Source: Paracoccus suum
Lineage (GTDB): Bacteria; Pseudomonadota; Alphaproteobacteria; Rhodobacterales; Rhodobacteraceae
DNA: 32,000 nt
Direction: 5' to 3'
Assembly: GCF_003324675.1 (NCBI RefSeq)
Contig: NZ_CP030918.1
Span: forward strand, 2,880,001 to 2,912,000
Numbering within the stretch: position 1 is the stretch's first letter; each line of letters starts with the position of its first letter. Shown here piece after piece: positions 17,322-26,523 of this stretch. The position numbers were made by a program, and so were the translations under genes. The notes under the pieces were generated by a model. It was given only the letters and a program-made list of their open reading frames with translations, ran no database searches and was not told where the DNA came from.

Positions 17322-17774
17322 TCAGGCGTCGCGCGCGGCCAGCCCGTCCAGATAGGCCGCGACGCGCGCCTCGAACTTCTTGTCGATCGAGCCGCGGGTC
17401 AGCTTGGCGGTCTGCAGCATCAGCCGCGCCTTGATGGTGCGCGCCTTTCCCTCGATCGTCAGCACGAGGCGCGAGCGATAGCGCGAGAGCGCAACGATAT
17501 CGGCACGGATTTCAACGTCGAAACTGTCCGAGGTACCGTGCATCTGGACCTTCTCGGGACGGTCGTACGAGGTCACGTGCAGACGCATCTCGCGGCGGCG
17601 TCCCCGCCAGTCAAAGGCGATGTCCCAGGACATGGGGCTGCCCGCCGGGGGCTCGAGCCGGGTGACCTGTGCGCCGCGGCGCACCATCATCCGTTCAAGC
17701 AGATCGAAATCGGCTACCGCATCGAACAGTGCATCAGCAGGCATCTCGACGTCGTGGCTGGTGCTCACCTGCAT
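17322..17774 (-). CDS. SRPBCC-superfamily (polyketide cyclase/dehydrase-like) protein
   Basis: This 150-aa ORF has good codon bias. Its N-terminus, VSTSHDVEMPADALFDAVADFD, is typical of SRPBCC/CoxG-like small proteins. The family assignment is by eye only. Confidence 0.6.
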   Translation of the reverse strand: MQVSTSHDVEMPADALFDAVADFDLLERMMVRRGAQVTRLEPPAGSPMSWDIAFDWRGRRREMRLHVTSYDRPEKVQMHGTSDSFDVEIRADIVALSRYRSRLVLTIEGKARTIKARLMLQTAKLTRGSIDKKFEARVAAYLDGLAARDA

Positions 17775-17798
17775 GCGGGATCTTCCTCATATTCCGTG

Positions 17799-17820
17799 TT
17801 GGACGGTCTTGATCGTCCAA
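17799..17820. promoter_or_regulatory. Inverted repeat TTGGACG-N8-CGTCCAA in the divergent promoter region between the SRPBCC gene and the nucleotidase gene
   Basis: It is a perfect 7-bp inverted repeat, read directly from the sequence. The operator role is inferred from position only. Confidence 0.25.
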
Positions 17821-17923
17821 ATGCTTTCCAGTTAACCCCCGAAACCGCGTACGAAAAGGGGCGCCTTCGTCCATAAGAGAAGAGTTGTCCAGTTGTTACC
17901 CCTCGCGTGCACGTTATGCTGGC

Positions 17924-19927
17924 ATGAAAGCGGGGGAACGCAACCATGCATTGCCGCGAGCGGCAGCCTTGATCGAGCCACGGAGCGATATTTCCGGCGA
18001 CGGCAGCCGGGTCGGCCTTCGTGAGGACGCGACGGGCTTCGCCGAGGGGCATGCCTCCAAAGCTAGGGCGGGCCGCACGGGTGACGCGACGGCCATCGAC
18101 CTGCGGATCATGGCGATCACCGACCTGCATATGCAGTTGCTGGACTTCGATTACTTTCGGCGCCGGACCGACTTGCCGCTCGGCCGCGGGCTGGAGCATC
18201 TGGCAGTCCTGATCGAGCGTCAGCGCAGTACGGCGGCCAATACGCTGCTTTTCGACAATGGCGATCTTCTCCAGGGCAACCCACTGGCAGACGATCTGGC
18301 GCGCGCCGCGACCGGGGCCGGGGCGCATCCGGCAATTGCCAGCCTGAATGCAGTCGGGTGCGATGCGGCGACGCTGGGTAATCACGATTTCTCTTATGGC
18401 CGCAGCTTTCTGGCCCGGGCGCTTGGGGGAGCAGCATTTCCCTTCGTGCTCGCCAATGCGCGCCTGCCCGGACTGCAAAACCGGGTGCGCCCGTGGGTGA
18501 TCCTGCAGCGCGAGTTGCGCGACCGGGCTGGGCGGACCCACCAGATCGGCATCGGCGTGATCGGCTTCGTGCCGCCCCAGTCCTCGGCCTGGGAAGCCGC
18601 CGAGTTTCCGGGCCTTCGGACCGAGGACATCATTGAGGCCGCCGAGCGCGAGGTGCCGCTGATGCGCGCCAGTGGCGCAGACCTCGTCGTCGCGCTCGCC
18701 CATTCCGGCACCTCGCCATTGCCGCATCAGCTTGGGACCGAGAATGCTGCGAGCGCCCTCGCCGGCCTGCCGGGGATTGACGCGGTGATCGCCGGGCATA
18801 GCCACGAGTTGAATCCGGCCCCCGAAGAGAGGCGCGAATACCCGCAGCCGAGCCCCGCACCTTTGGTGCAGGCAGGCTTTGGCGGCTCGCATCTGGGCGT
18901 CATCAACCTCGTGCTGGAGCAGGAAACGAATGGCCGACGCTGGCAGGTCGGGCATGCCACAGCGGAACTCCATCCCGCGACATCACTCGCCACGGACATA
19001 GGCTCACCGGCCCGCGTTGCCATTCGCAAGGCCACCCTGCCTGCGCATCGGTCCGCACTGCGCGCGGGCGCGCGTCGGATCGGGCGCACGGCGGTGCCGC
19101 TGGGCAGCCACCTGGCGATGCTCGGGCAGGATCCCGGGCTGCGCCTGGTTGCCATGGCGCAACGCTGGCATTTGCGAGCCGCGCTGTCGGGCACGCACTA
19201 TGCCGAACTGCCGATCCTCGTCGCAGTCGCCCCCTTTCGGGCTGGCGCCCGTGGCGGCCCGGGGCATTACACCCACATCCCCGCCGGCAGGATCACCCAT
19301 GGCGATCTGGCCGATCTCTATGCGTTCAACAACCGCGCCGCGGCCCTGATCGTGACCGGGGCCGAGCTTGCGGATTGGCTCGAGCGCGCGGCTGGGGCAT
19401 TCCTGCGCATCCTGCCCGGCGCGGGAACGCAGGAATTGATCGACCCCGATTTCGCCAGCTATAACTTTGACATGATCGACGGCCTGCACTGGCAGATCGA
19501 TCCCAGCCGGCCTGCCCGCTACATGGCGGACGGGCTCCCCCGGGCCGACGGGACGGGCGGACGGATCCGCAACCTGACCTACGGGGGCCAGCCGGTGACG
19601 CCCGAGCGCCGCTTCCTCCTGGCGACGAACAGCTACCGATTGTCAGGGGTGGGCCTTTACGCCGACCTGACTGCCGATTGCGCGCCGATCAGCGCAGGCA
19701 CCGCCACGGTGCGCGATCTGGTGCGCGCCTATCTGCGCCGCCGCCGGGTCGTCGCCCCCCAAGCGCGACCGATGTTCACCTTTGCGCGCGTGCCCGGTGC
19801 GTCCGGGTTGATCCGCACCGGCCCCGAGGTCGCGACCATGCTGGCGGACAATCCGCTGGGCCTCATCCCCGAGGGGACGGACGACCAGGGCTTCCTGCGG
19901 CTGCGCGTGCCGCTTGACCGGGATTAG
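17924..19927 (+). CDS. Bifunctional 2',3'-cyclic-nucleotide 2'-phosphodiesterase / 3'-nucleotidase-like metallophosphatase (CpdB / 5'-nucleotidase family), with no signal peptide
   Basis: Metallophosphatase motifs present: LRIMAITDLHMQ, FDNGDLLQGNP, LGNHDFSYG, VALAHSG, IAGHSH. The C-terminal half is a 5'-nucleotidase-type domain. The start is uncertain: TTG at 17885, ATG at 17924, or further downstream. Confidence 0.8.
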   Translation: MKAGERNHALPRAAALIEPRSDISGDGSRVGLREDATGFAEGHASKARAGRTGDATAIDLRIMAITDLHMQLLDFDYFRRRTDLPLGRGLEHLAVLIERQRSTAANTLLFDNGDLLQGNPLADDLARAATGAGAHPAIASLNAVGCDAATLGNHDFSYGRSFLARALGGAAFPFVLANARLPGLQNRVRPWVILQRELRDRAGRTHQIGIGVIGFVPPQSSAWEAAEFPGLRTEDIIEAAEREVPLMRASGADLVVALAHSGTSPLPHQLGTENAASALAGLPGIDAVIAGHSHELNPAPEERREYPQPSPAPLVQAGFGGSHLGVINLVLEQETNGRRWQVGHATAELHPATSLATDIGSPARVAIRKATLPAHRSALRAGARRIGRTAVPLGSHLAMLGQDPGLRLVAMAQRWHLRAALSGTHYAELPILVAVAPFRAGARGGPGHYTHIPAGRITHGDLADLYAFNNRAAALIVTGAELADWLERAAGAFLRILPGAGTQELIDPDFASYNFDMIDGLHWQIDPSRPARYMADGLPRADGTGGRIRNLTYGGQPVTPERRFLLATNSYRLSGVGLYADLTADCAPISAGTATVRDLVRAYLRRRRVVAPQARPMFTFARVPGASGLIRTGPEVATMLADNPLGLIPEGTDDQGFLRLRVPLDRD

Positions 19928-19988
19928 GGCGGCGAGCCGACACAAGACTGCCTTGCATCGCTCTCGCGGTAGCGGTAGAGATCCGCGC

Positions 19989-20082
19989 GAGAGGTTGGCG
20001 CGGGCAGGCGCCTCGCCAACCCGGTCAGGTCCGGAAGGAAGCAGCCGTAACGAGCCCCGCTTGGGTCGTTGTCCAGCCTCTC
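19989..20082 (+). ncRNA. ffs: Signal recognition particle RNA (small bacterial SRP / 4.5S RNA)
   Basis: It contains the invariant domain IV sequence GGTCAGGTCCGGAAGGAAGCAGCC. The closing helix pairs GAGAGGTTGG (19989-19998) with CCAGCCTCTC (20073-20082). The exact ends may differ by a few nt. Confidence 0.9.
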
Positions 20083-20094
20083 ACCTTTCCTCCC

Positions 20095-22167
20095 CTACAG
20101 TGTTCGCACCAGCCGCAGGGCATCATGCACCGCGGCATGGATGTTGCGCGATGCGACAGCATCGCCGATGCGCCAGAGGCGAAAATCCTCTGCCGAGCCA
20201 TTCGCCCCGGGCTGCGGGCGACCGGCGAGCAGTGCGGCGTAATCGACCGCGCCGCGGTTCGCCGACAGTGGCTTCAGTTCCAGATACAACTCATCCAGCG
20301 GGGCCGTGCCGTGGTTGACGACGATCTGGTCAACCTCGCGCAGTTCCTCATGCGGGCCGTAATCGGTGCCGATCCGAGCCTGGATCAGGTTGCCCGCCCG
20401 GGCCGCGCCCAACAGACGCTGCGCGACAGTCAACCGCACGCCCAGTGGTTGCAGCGCCTTGATCCAGGGCGAGAGGTTCATGCCCATCACCTCGGGTGCA
20501 AAGGTGCGGTCGGGGGTCATCACTTCGACTGCGCCGCCCGCAAGGGCGATCACCTCGGCTGCGTGCAGGGCTACCATGTCGCCGGCATCGTCGAACACCA
20601 GCACCCGCTGGCCGGGGGCAACATCGCCCGAGATGATGTCCCAGGCGGTCACGCAAAGACCCTCGCCCCCCGCCATCGGCACGTCCTGCGCCAGGCCGCC
20701 GGTGGCGACGATCACCACCTCGGGCCGCAGCGCCATGACGTCGTCCGCCTCGGCCAGTAGGTTGAACTGGAACTGCACGCCAGTGGCGAGGCATTCTGCC
20801 ATGCGCCAGTCGATGATGCCCATCAACTCGCGCCGGCGGGGGTGACGTGCGGCCAGCCGGATCTGGCCGCCGGGGGCGTCGGCCGCCTCGAGCACTGTAA
20901 CTTGATGGCCGCGCAAGGCGGCAACTCGCGCCGCCTCCAGCCCCGCCGGGCCGGCGCCGACCACCACCACCCGCAGCACTTCAGGAGCCGGCGCGATCTC
21001 GTGCGGCAGCGACAACTCGCGCCCGGTCGAGGCGTTGTGGATGCAGAGCGCCTCCCCGCCCTGATAGATCCGGTCGAGGCAATAGTTGGCGCCTACGCAA
21101 GGGCGGATGCGATTCTCCTGCCCGGTGCGAACCTTCTCAACGATGTCGGGGTCGGCGATATGGGCGCGGGTCATGCCGACCATGTCGAGCAACCCCGCGG
21201 CGATCGCGTGACGGGCAGTCGCCACATCAGGGATGCGCGCTGCGTGGAATGTCGGCAAGCCGACCTCGGCCCGGACCCGACCGGCGAAATCCAGATGCGG
21301 GGCTGAGGGCATGCCCATCAGCGGAATAACCTCGATCAGCGCCGGGTCGGTTTCGATCCGGCCGCGGATGACGTTCAGGAAATCGACCTGTCCGCTGTCC
21401 CGCAGCCGTCTGGCAATGGCGAGGCCGGTATCGGTGTCGATACCGCCGGGCGCGCCCTCGTCTGCTGAAAAGCGAACACCGATGAGGAAATCCGGCCCGA
21501 CCCGTGCCCGCATGGCACCGATCACCGCGTCCGAAAAGGCCATCCGCGCGGGCAGATTGCCGTTCCACGGCGCCTCAAGCTGGTTCAGGCGCGGCGACCA
21601 GAAGGCGTCCAGCAGATGGCCGTAGGCCTCAAGTTCGATCCCATCCATGCCGGCGGCGGCCATGCGTTCGGCCGCATCCGCATAGTCGGCGATGATCCGG
21701 TCAAGGTCCCAATCCTCGGCCAGCTTGGGAAAACTGCGATGCGCCGGCTCGCGCGTGCGCCCGGGCGCGACGACCGGCAGCCAGTCGCCGCGGTCCCAGC
21801 GGGTGCGCCAGCCAAGGTGGGTCAGCTGGATCATGACCGCGCAGCCATGTGCGTGGCAGGCATCCGTCAGCGCGCGCGTCCAGGGCACGACCTCGTCCAT
21901 ATAGGCCAGCACATTGCCAAAAGCTGGCGGGCTGTCGCGGCTGACCGAGGCGCTGCCGGCAGTCATGACCATCGCCACTCCACCCCGTGCCCGCGCCTCG
22001 TGATAGGCGCGGTAGCGATCCTTGGGCATCCCGTCCTCGGTATAGGCCGGCTCATGTGCGGTGGTCATGATCCGGTTCTTCAGCACCAGATGCTTCAGCC
22101 GGTAGGGCTGCAGCAACGGGTCGCGGCTGGCGGGCGCGGCATCCGGGGAGGTGGCAAGCTCAGGCAT
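20095..22167 (-). CDS. FMN/FAD-dependent NADH:flavin oxidoreductase with an Fe-S cluster (2,4-dienoyl-CoA reductase / N-methylproline demethylase-like family)
   Basis: The N-terminal OYE-like TIM barrel reads LKNRIMTTAHEP...MIQLTHLG. The Cys cluster is RPCVGANYCLDRIYQGGEALCIHN. The Rossmann motif is VVVVGAGPAGLEAA. I chose the ATG at 22167; the track ORF begins at 22230. Confidence 0.8.
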   Translation of the reverse strand: MPELATSPDAAPASRDPLLQPYRLKHLVLKNRIMTTAHEPAYTEDGMPKDRYRAYHEARARGGVAMVMTAGSASVSRDSPPAFGNVLAYMDEVVPWTRALTDACHAHGCAVMIQLTHLGWRTRWDRGDWLPVVAPGRTREPAHRSFPKLAEDWDLDRIIADYADAAERMAAAGMDGIELEAYGHLLDAFWSPRLNQLEAPWNGNLPARMAFSDAVIGAMRARVGPDFLIGVRFSADEGAPGGIDTDTGLAIARRLRDSGQVDFLNVIRGRIETDPALIEVIPLMGMPSAPHLDFAGRVRAEVGLPTFHAARIPDVATARHAIAAGLLDMVGMTRAHIADPDIVEKVRTGQENRIRPCVGANYCLDRIYQGGEALCIHNASTGRELSLPHEIAPAPEVLRVVVVGAGPAGLEAARVAALRGHQVTVLEAADAPGGQIRLAARHPRRRELMGIIDWRMAECLATGVQFQFNLLAEADDVMALRPEVVIVATGGLAQDVPMAGGEGLCVTAWDIISGDVAPGQRVLVFDDAGDMVALHAAEVIALAGGAVEVMTPDRTFAPEVMGMNLSPWIKALQPLGVRLTVAQRLLGAARAGNLIQARIGTDYGPHEELREVDQIVVNHGTAPLDELYLELKPLSANRGAVDYAALLAGRPQPGANGSAEDFRLWRIGDAVASRNIHAAVHDALRLVRTL

Positions 22168-22313
22168 GGCGTCGATCTTTCGCGGCTGGCCCGAATCAGC
22201 GTGGCGTGCCGGCGCGGCGTGCGCAAGCAAGCCGATGGGACCATGGCCATCGACAATCGCGCGCAGTCATGAACCATTCCGCCATCGCCGCGCCGGAGCA
22301 GGGAGAAAGAGAC

Positions 22314-23156
22314 ATGAAATTGCTGCGTTATGGTCCAAAGGGGCAGGAACGCCCGGGCCTGCTGGATGCGGGCAGCGTGATCCGCGATCTGTCGGGCCAT
22401 GTGGACGATATCGCCGGGGCCGTGCTGACGCCGGAGGGCCTGGCCCGCCTCGCGGCGCTCGACCCCTCGGCCCTGCCTGCGGTGCCGGGCAATCCGCGCC
22501 TGGGGCCCTGCGTCGGGCGCGTCGGCAAGTTCGTCTGCATCGGCCTCAACTATGCCGACCATGCCGCCGAGACGGGCGCCCCCATCCCGTCCGAGCCGAT
22601 CATTTTCAACAAATGGACCAGCGCGATTTGCGGTCCCGATGACGATATCGAAATTCCGCGCGGATCGACCCGCACCGACTGGGAAGTCGAGCTGGGCATC
22701 ATCATCGGCACGCCCGGGCGCTACATCACGGCCGAGGACGCGCTGTCGCATGTCGCGGGCTACTGCGTGGTCAACGATGTCAGCGAGCGCGACTGGCAGA
22801 TGAATCGCGGTGGCACCTGGGACAAGGGCAAGGGCTTTGACAGCTTTGGCCCGATCGGGCCGTGGCTGGTGACGCCCGACGAAGCGGGCGATGTTGGCCG
22901 GCTGGCGATGTGGCTGGACGTCGATGGCCAGCGCATGCAGAGCGGCAGCACCGAGACGATGATCTTTGGCGTCGCCGAGATCATCGCCTATTGCTCGCAA
23001 TGCATGTCGCTGCAGCCGGGCGACGTGATTTCGACCGGCACGCCGCCCGGCGTCGGCCTCGGCCAGAAGCCGCCCCGGTTTCTGCGCGCGGGCGAGGTGG
23101 TGCGGCTGGGGATCGAGGGGCTGGGCGAGCAGACCCAGCGCGTCGTTCAGGCGTGA
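22314..23156 (+). CDS. Fumarylacetoacetate hydrolase (FAH) family protein
   Basis: The ATG at 22314 is preceded by GGGAGAAAGAGAC. The translation reads MKLLRYGPKGQERPGLLD...KFVCIGLNYADHAAE...DWEVELGIIIG...KGFDSFGPIGPWLVT...GDVISTGTPPGVG. Confidence 0.85.
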   Translation: MKLLRYGPKGQERPGLLDAGSVIRDLSGHVDDIAGAVLTPEGLARLAALDPSALPAVPGNPRLGPCVGRVGKFVCIGLNYADHAAETGAPIPSEPIIFNKWTSAICGPDDDIEIPRGSTRTDWEVELGIIIGTPGRYITAEDALSHVAGYCVVNDVSERDWQMNRGGTWDKGKGFDSFGPIGPWLVTPDEAGDVGRLAMWLDVDGQRMQSGSTETMIFGVAEIIAYCSQCMSLQPGDVISTGTPPGVGLGQKPPRFLRAGEVVRLGIEGLGEQTQRVVQA

Positions 23157-23161
23157 AACCG

Positions 23162-23179
23162 GGCGGCGCGGGCCGCCCC
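23162..23179. terminator. GC hairpin (GGGCGGC-gcgg-GCCGCCC) between the convergent FAH and efeM genes
   Basis: The 7-bp stem was read directly. There is no clear U-tract on either strand, so terminator function is uncertain. Confidence 0.3.
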
Positions 23180-23185
23180 GATCCC

Positions 23186-24004
23186 TTAGCTGAGGCCCAG
23201 CTTGCCCCGCAGGGTCGACAGGTCCTCGGCAAGCGTGTTGACTGCTGCGGACAGCACCTTGCGGTCGGCATCGGTCAGCTTGTCATAGGTCATGTAGCCA
23301 TCACCCTCCTTGTACTTGGCAAGGATGGTGTCGACCTTGGTGAAATTGGCGTCTACGGTCTTGAGGAAGTCGGGCTCGGCCTCGGCGATCAGCGGGCGCA
23401 CCAGTTCGACGATCTTTTGCGCGCCGTCGAAGTTGCCCTTGAAGTCCCACAGGTCGGTGTGGCTGTAGCGGTCTTCCTCGCCCGAAATCTTGGTCGCGGC
23501 GACCTCCTCCATCAGCACGGCCGCGCCGCCGACGACTTTTTCCGGCGGGAACGTCAGTGCGCCGATGCGGCCATGGAGGTCCGTCACATCGGCCAGCAGC
23601 TTGTCGGCCACGGGCTCCAGCCCCTCGGTCGAGCCCTTTTCCCACAACCCGTACTCTATGCGGTGAAACCCCGGAAACTTGGGGTCCGCCTCGGCGCCTT
23701 CATAGTCGTCGGCACGGCTGTCGATGGACACGTCGAGGTCGGAAAACAGCTCAGCGATCGGCTCGATCGCCTCATAGGGCAGGCGCGTGCGCGGAAACAG
23801 ATACTTGGCCTTTTCGACGTCGCCGGCCTTGATGGCGGTCACGAACTCGGTCGTCCCCGCCAGCAGTTCGTCGGTTTTTTCGGTGACGTAGATCTTGTAG
23901 TCGGCAATCGGCTCGACCAGCGCCAGCGGGTCAACCTCGGCCGATGCAGCGCCCCCAAGGACGGCGAGCATCGTGGTTCCGGCAAAGAGAGATTTCAGCG
24001 TCAT
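23186..24004 (-). CDS. efeM: Imelysin-like (peptidase M75) periplasmic iron-binding protein without a cupredoxin domain (EfeM type)
   Basis: The signal peptide is MTLKSLFAGTTMLAVLGGAASA. The HxxE motif region DPKFPGFHRIEYGLWEKG is paralogous to the C-terminal half of the efeO product in the same operon. Confidence 0.8.
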   Translation of the reverse strand: MTLKSLFAGTTMLAVLGGAASAEVDPLALVEPIADYKIYVTEKTDELLAGTTEFVTAIKAGDVEKAKYLFPRTRLPYEAIEPIAELFSDLDVSIDSRADDYEGAEADPKFPGFHRIEYGLWEKGSTEGLEPVADKLLADVTDLHGRIGALTFPPEKVVGGAAVLMEEVAATKISGEEDRYSHTDLWDFKGNFDGAQKIVELVRPLIAEAEPDFLKTVDANFTKVDTILAKYKEGDGYMTYDKLTDADRKVLSAAVNTLAEDLSTLRGKLGLS

Positions 24005-24013
24005 CAGTCCGTC

Positions 24014-25363
24014 CTATCCTTGGGTGGCAGTCTGGACGGGCGCCGCGCGCAAGGCCGCGATCAGCGTTCGTCCCAGGTAGTCGTCGGCATCGCGCATCCC
24101 CGGCAAGGTAAAGAAATACCCACCACCGGTCGGCTTGATATATTCCTCCAGCGGCTCACCATTCAGCCGGTTCTGGACGGCGATAAAGCCCCGGTCGAGG
24201 TCCGCCTGGTAGCAGATGAACAGCAGCCCTTGGTCCAGCTGGCCCGATCGGGTCACGCCGGCCGAATAGTTGAAGGGGCGGCGCAAGATCAGGCTGGCCT
24301 CGTCCCCCGGCCCGCGCGGGTTGGCGAGGCGGATATGGCTGTCCAGCGGGGTGCGCGCGCCGTCGCGGTCGGCGGCATAGTCGGGCACGTCGAACTCGGT
24401 TCCGTCCGGCCGGTCGAGAGGCGCACCGCTGATGCGGCGGCGGCCAAAGATCGCCTCCTGCTCGGCAAATGGCGTGCGGTCCCAGCGCTCGACAAAATTG
24501 CGGATCAGGCGCACCGCCTGGTAGGTGCCGCCCGTGGCCCAGGCTGGTTCCGCCCCACCGCTGCCGACCCAGACGATGCGGTCCATCAACGCGGAATCGC
24601 CGCTGTCGGGATTGGCCGAACCATCGCGAAAGCCGAGGAAATTTCGCGCGCTTTCGGCGACGCCGTCCGGGGTCCGGGCGATGACCGGGACGCTGCCTTC
24701 CTGCTTCCAGTTCAATACCAGCCGGTCGGACATCGTCTTCAGGACATCGCGCAAGGCATGGATCGTCGTGTCCTGCGTGTTGGCGCAGATCTGCAGGCTA
24801 AGGTCGCCATGGCAGCATTGCGCGTCCAGCGCGTCGTTCGGAAAGGACGTCATCCGCGACAGGCAGGCGGGCCGGTGCGGGGTCAGCCAATCCAGCCGGT
24901 CGAACAGCGACGCGCCCAGCGATACGGTGATGGTCAACGCATCGGGATGCAGCACCGGCCCGAGGATACCGCTGTCAGCCGGCGGCAGACCGGGGTCCAG
25001 TTGCGGCACCGGCCCGCCCGCGGTCAGGAACGCAATGCGCGAGGTCAGGCGCTTGAAGGTCTCCTCCAGCTCGTCCGGCGTCTCTGCGATCAGGTCAAAG
25101 CTGGCGATCATGCCATGCGCCGGGCGCGCGGTGGTGATACCGGCCTGATGCGGGCCGTAGGGCGAGACGTGGTCGCCCTGCGTGGCGCGGTTCGCCTCGG
25201 GCGCGTCGGTCACGCTGTGGACCGGCGGTTCTGGGGTCGCGCCGGCCGGCGTCTGAGCGCGGGCCATGCCGGCAAAGGGACATGCCGCGAGCAGGCCCAT
25301 CGCGCCGAGCACGCCGCGGCGGCTGGTCTGCAGGCCGGTCTTGGGCGTCTCGTTGCCCATCAA
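24014..25363 (-). CDS. efeB: Dyp-type peroxidase / deferrochelatase EfeB, Tat-exported
   Basis: The twin-arginine leader is TSRRGVLGAMGLLAACPFAGMARA. Dyp blocks present: FLGFRDGSANP, RRPFNY and GLLFICYQ. Confidence 0.9.
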   Translation of the reverse strand: MMGNETPKTGLQTSRRGVLGAMGLLAACPFAGMARAQTPAGATPEPPVHSVTDAPEANRATQGDHVSPYGPHQAGITTARPAHGMIASFDLIAETPDELEETFKRLTSRIAFLTAGGPVPQLDPGLPPADSGILGPVLHPDALTITVSLGASLFDRLDWLTPHRPACLSRMTSFPNDALDAQCCHGDLSLQICANTQDTTIHALRDVLKTMSDRLVLNWKQEGSVPVIARTPDGVAESARNFLGFRDGSANPDSGDSALMDRIVWVGSGGAEPAWATGGTYQAVRLIRNFVERWDRTPFAEQEAIFGRRRISGAPLDRPDGTEFDVPDYAADRDGARTPLDSHIRLANPRGPGDEASLILRRPFNYSAGVTRSGQLDQGLLFICYQADLDRGFIAVQNRLNGEPLEEYIKPTGGGYFFTLPGMRDADDYLGRTLIAALRAAPVQTATQG

Positions 25364-26523
25364 TTCAACCCGATGGCCGGGTTCATGGCGGCAATGGCCT
25401 GGTCCAGCGCGGCAAAGCGGGCGGCCAGATCAGCACGCGCAGCCTTGTCCAGATCGCCATGGCCTGGCTGCGCGGTCAAACTGGCTACGCTGCCCTGCGC
25501 GTCAACCAGCGCCTTGTCATAGGCCGTGGCGACATCCGGCGCGGCCTCGGCCACCAACACCCGCATCAGTCCGGCCGATTTGGCGATGCCGTCGAGGCCG
25601 GCCGCAATGTCCTGCAGATCGCCGCCCGACCAGCGATCCTCGCCCGCGGTGATCTGTCCTGCAGACAGGTGGCCCGCCTGACGCGCCGCTGTCCCCGCAA
25701 GTTCGGCCGGGGCAAGTTTCAACTCACGCAACCGGTCCTTGAGGGTGGTGACATCCGCCAGCAGCCGGGCCGAGACCGGGGCCAGCCCCTCGGTGCCGCC
25801 CTGCCCCTCGGCCCACAGGCCGTATTCGATGCGATGAAAGCCGGTAAAGTCGGGGTCAGCTTCGCGTTTCGCCAGGTATTCCGGCAGCGGATCGATGCTG
25901 TTTTCGAGATCGGCCATGCGCCCGGCCACCGCCTCGATGCGCTTGTAGGGCGCGCGGGCCTCGATCCAGGCGGTGCGGGCGGCGGCCTGATCGCCTGCCT
26001 TGATCGCGGCGTCGAGCTGGGTGACTGCGGCCACGAGCGCCGAGGCCTGCCCCGCCAGATAGACCCGGTATTCCGACAAAGGTCCGACAAACGCGGCCAT
26101 GGGCGGCGCCGCACTGGCGACATCCGAGGCCTCGGACCGGGTGACTGTCAGGGTGCCGCGCGGATTGGACAGCAGCCCGCAGGTGATCTGATAGCTGCCC
26201 GGGCTGAGGCGGCCGGTTACCAATGCATGGAAACCCGGGGCGATATTCTCGCGCTCCTCGACGACCATGACGCCGTCCAGGATTTCCCACTCGATCGTCC
26301 GGTCGGATTCGTTGTGAATCTCGAAGGTGGTCGGGCCCGCGGGCACAGTGAAATCCGCGGGCTCGCAGGTGTTCTGACCGACGCTGACTTTGTGGACGTT
26401 ACCACGCTCTGGCCCGCTGGCCGTGCGGGTGGCGGCATAGAACGCCCCAGCCCCAAGGACCACCAGCAGAGCTGCGCCGCCAACGGCGAGCGGAAGCATG
26501 CGTCCCGGCGCGGACGCGGTCAT
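25360..26523 (-). CDS. efeO: EfeO: N-terminal cupredoxin-like domain plus imelysin (M75) domain
   Basis: The cupredoxin-like part reads VSVGQNTCEPADFTVPAGPTTFEIHNESDRTIEWEIL...GSYQITCGLL. The M75 HxxE region reads DPDFTGFHRIEYGLWAEG. There are 4-nt overlaps with efeU upstream and efeB downstream. Confidence 0.85.
   Translation of the reverse strand: MTASAPGRMLPLAVGGAALLVVLGAGAFYAATRTASGPERGNVHKVSVGQNTCEPADFTVPAGPTTFEIHNESDRTIEWEILDGVMVVEERENIAPGFHALVTGRLSPGSYQITCGLLSNPRGTLTVTRSEASDVASAAPPMAAFVGPLSEYRVYLAGQASALVAAVTQLDAAIKAGDQAAARTAWIEARAPYKRIEAVAGRMADLENSIDPLPEYLAKREADPDFTGFHRIEYGLWAEGQGGTEGLAPVSARLLADVTTLKDRLRELKLAPAELAGTAARQAGHLSAGQITAGEDRWSGGDLQDIAAGLDGIAKSAGLMRVLVAEAAPDVATAYDKALVDAQGSVASLTAQPGHGDLDKAARADLAARFAALDQAIAAMNPAIGLN

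Noticed and set aside
22862-25522. 886-aa ORF on the plus strand
   Set aside because: It lies antisense to efeM, efeB and efeO, all of which carry family motifs and signal peptides. This is a shadow ORF.
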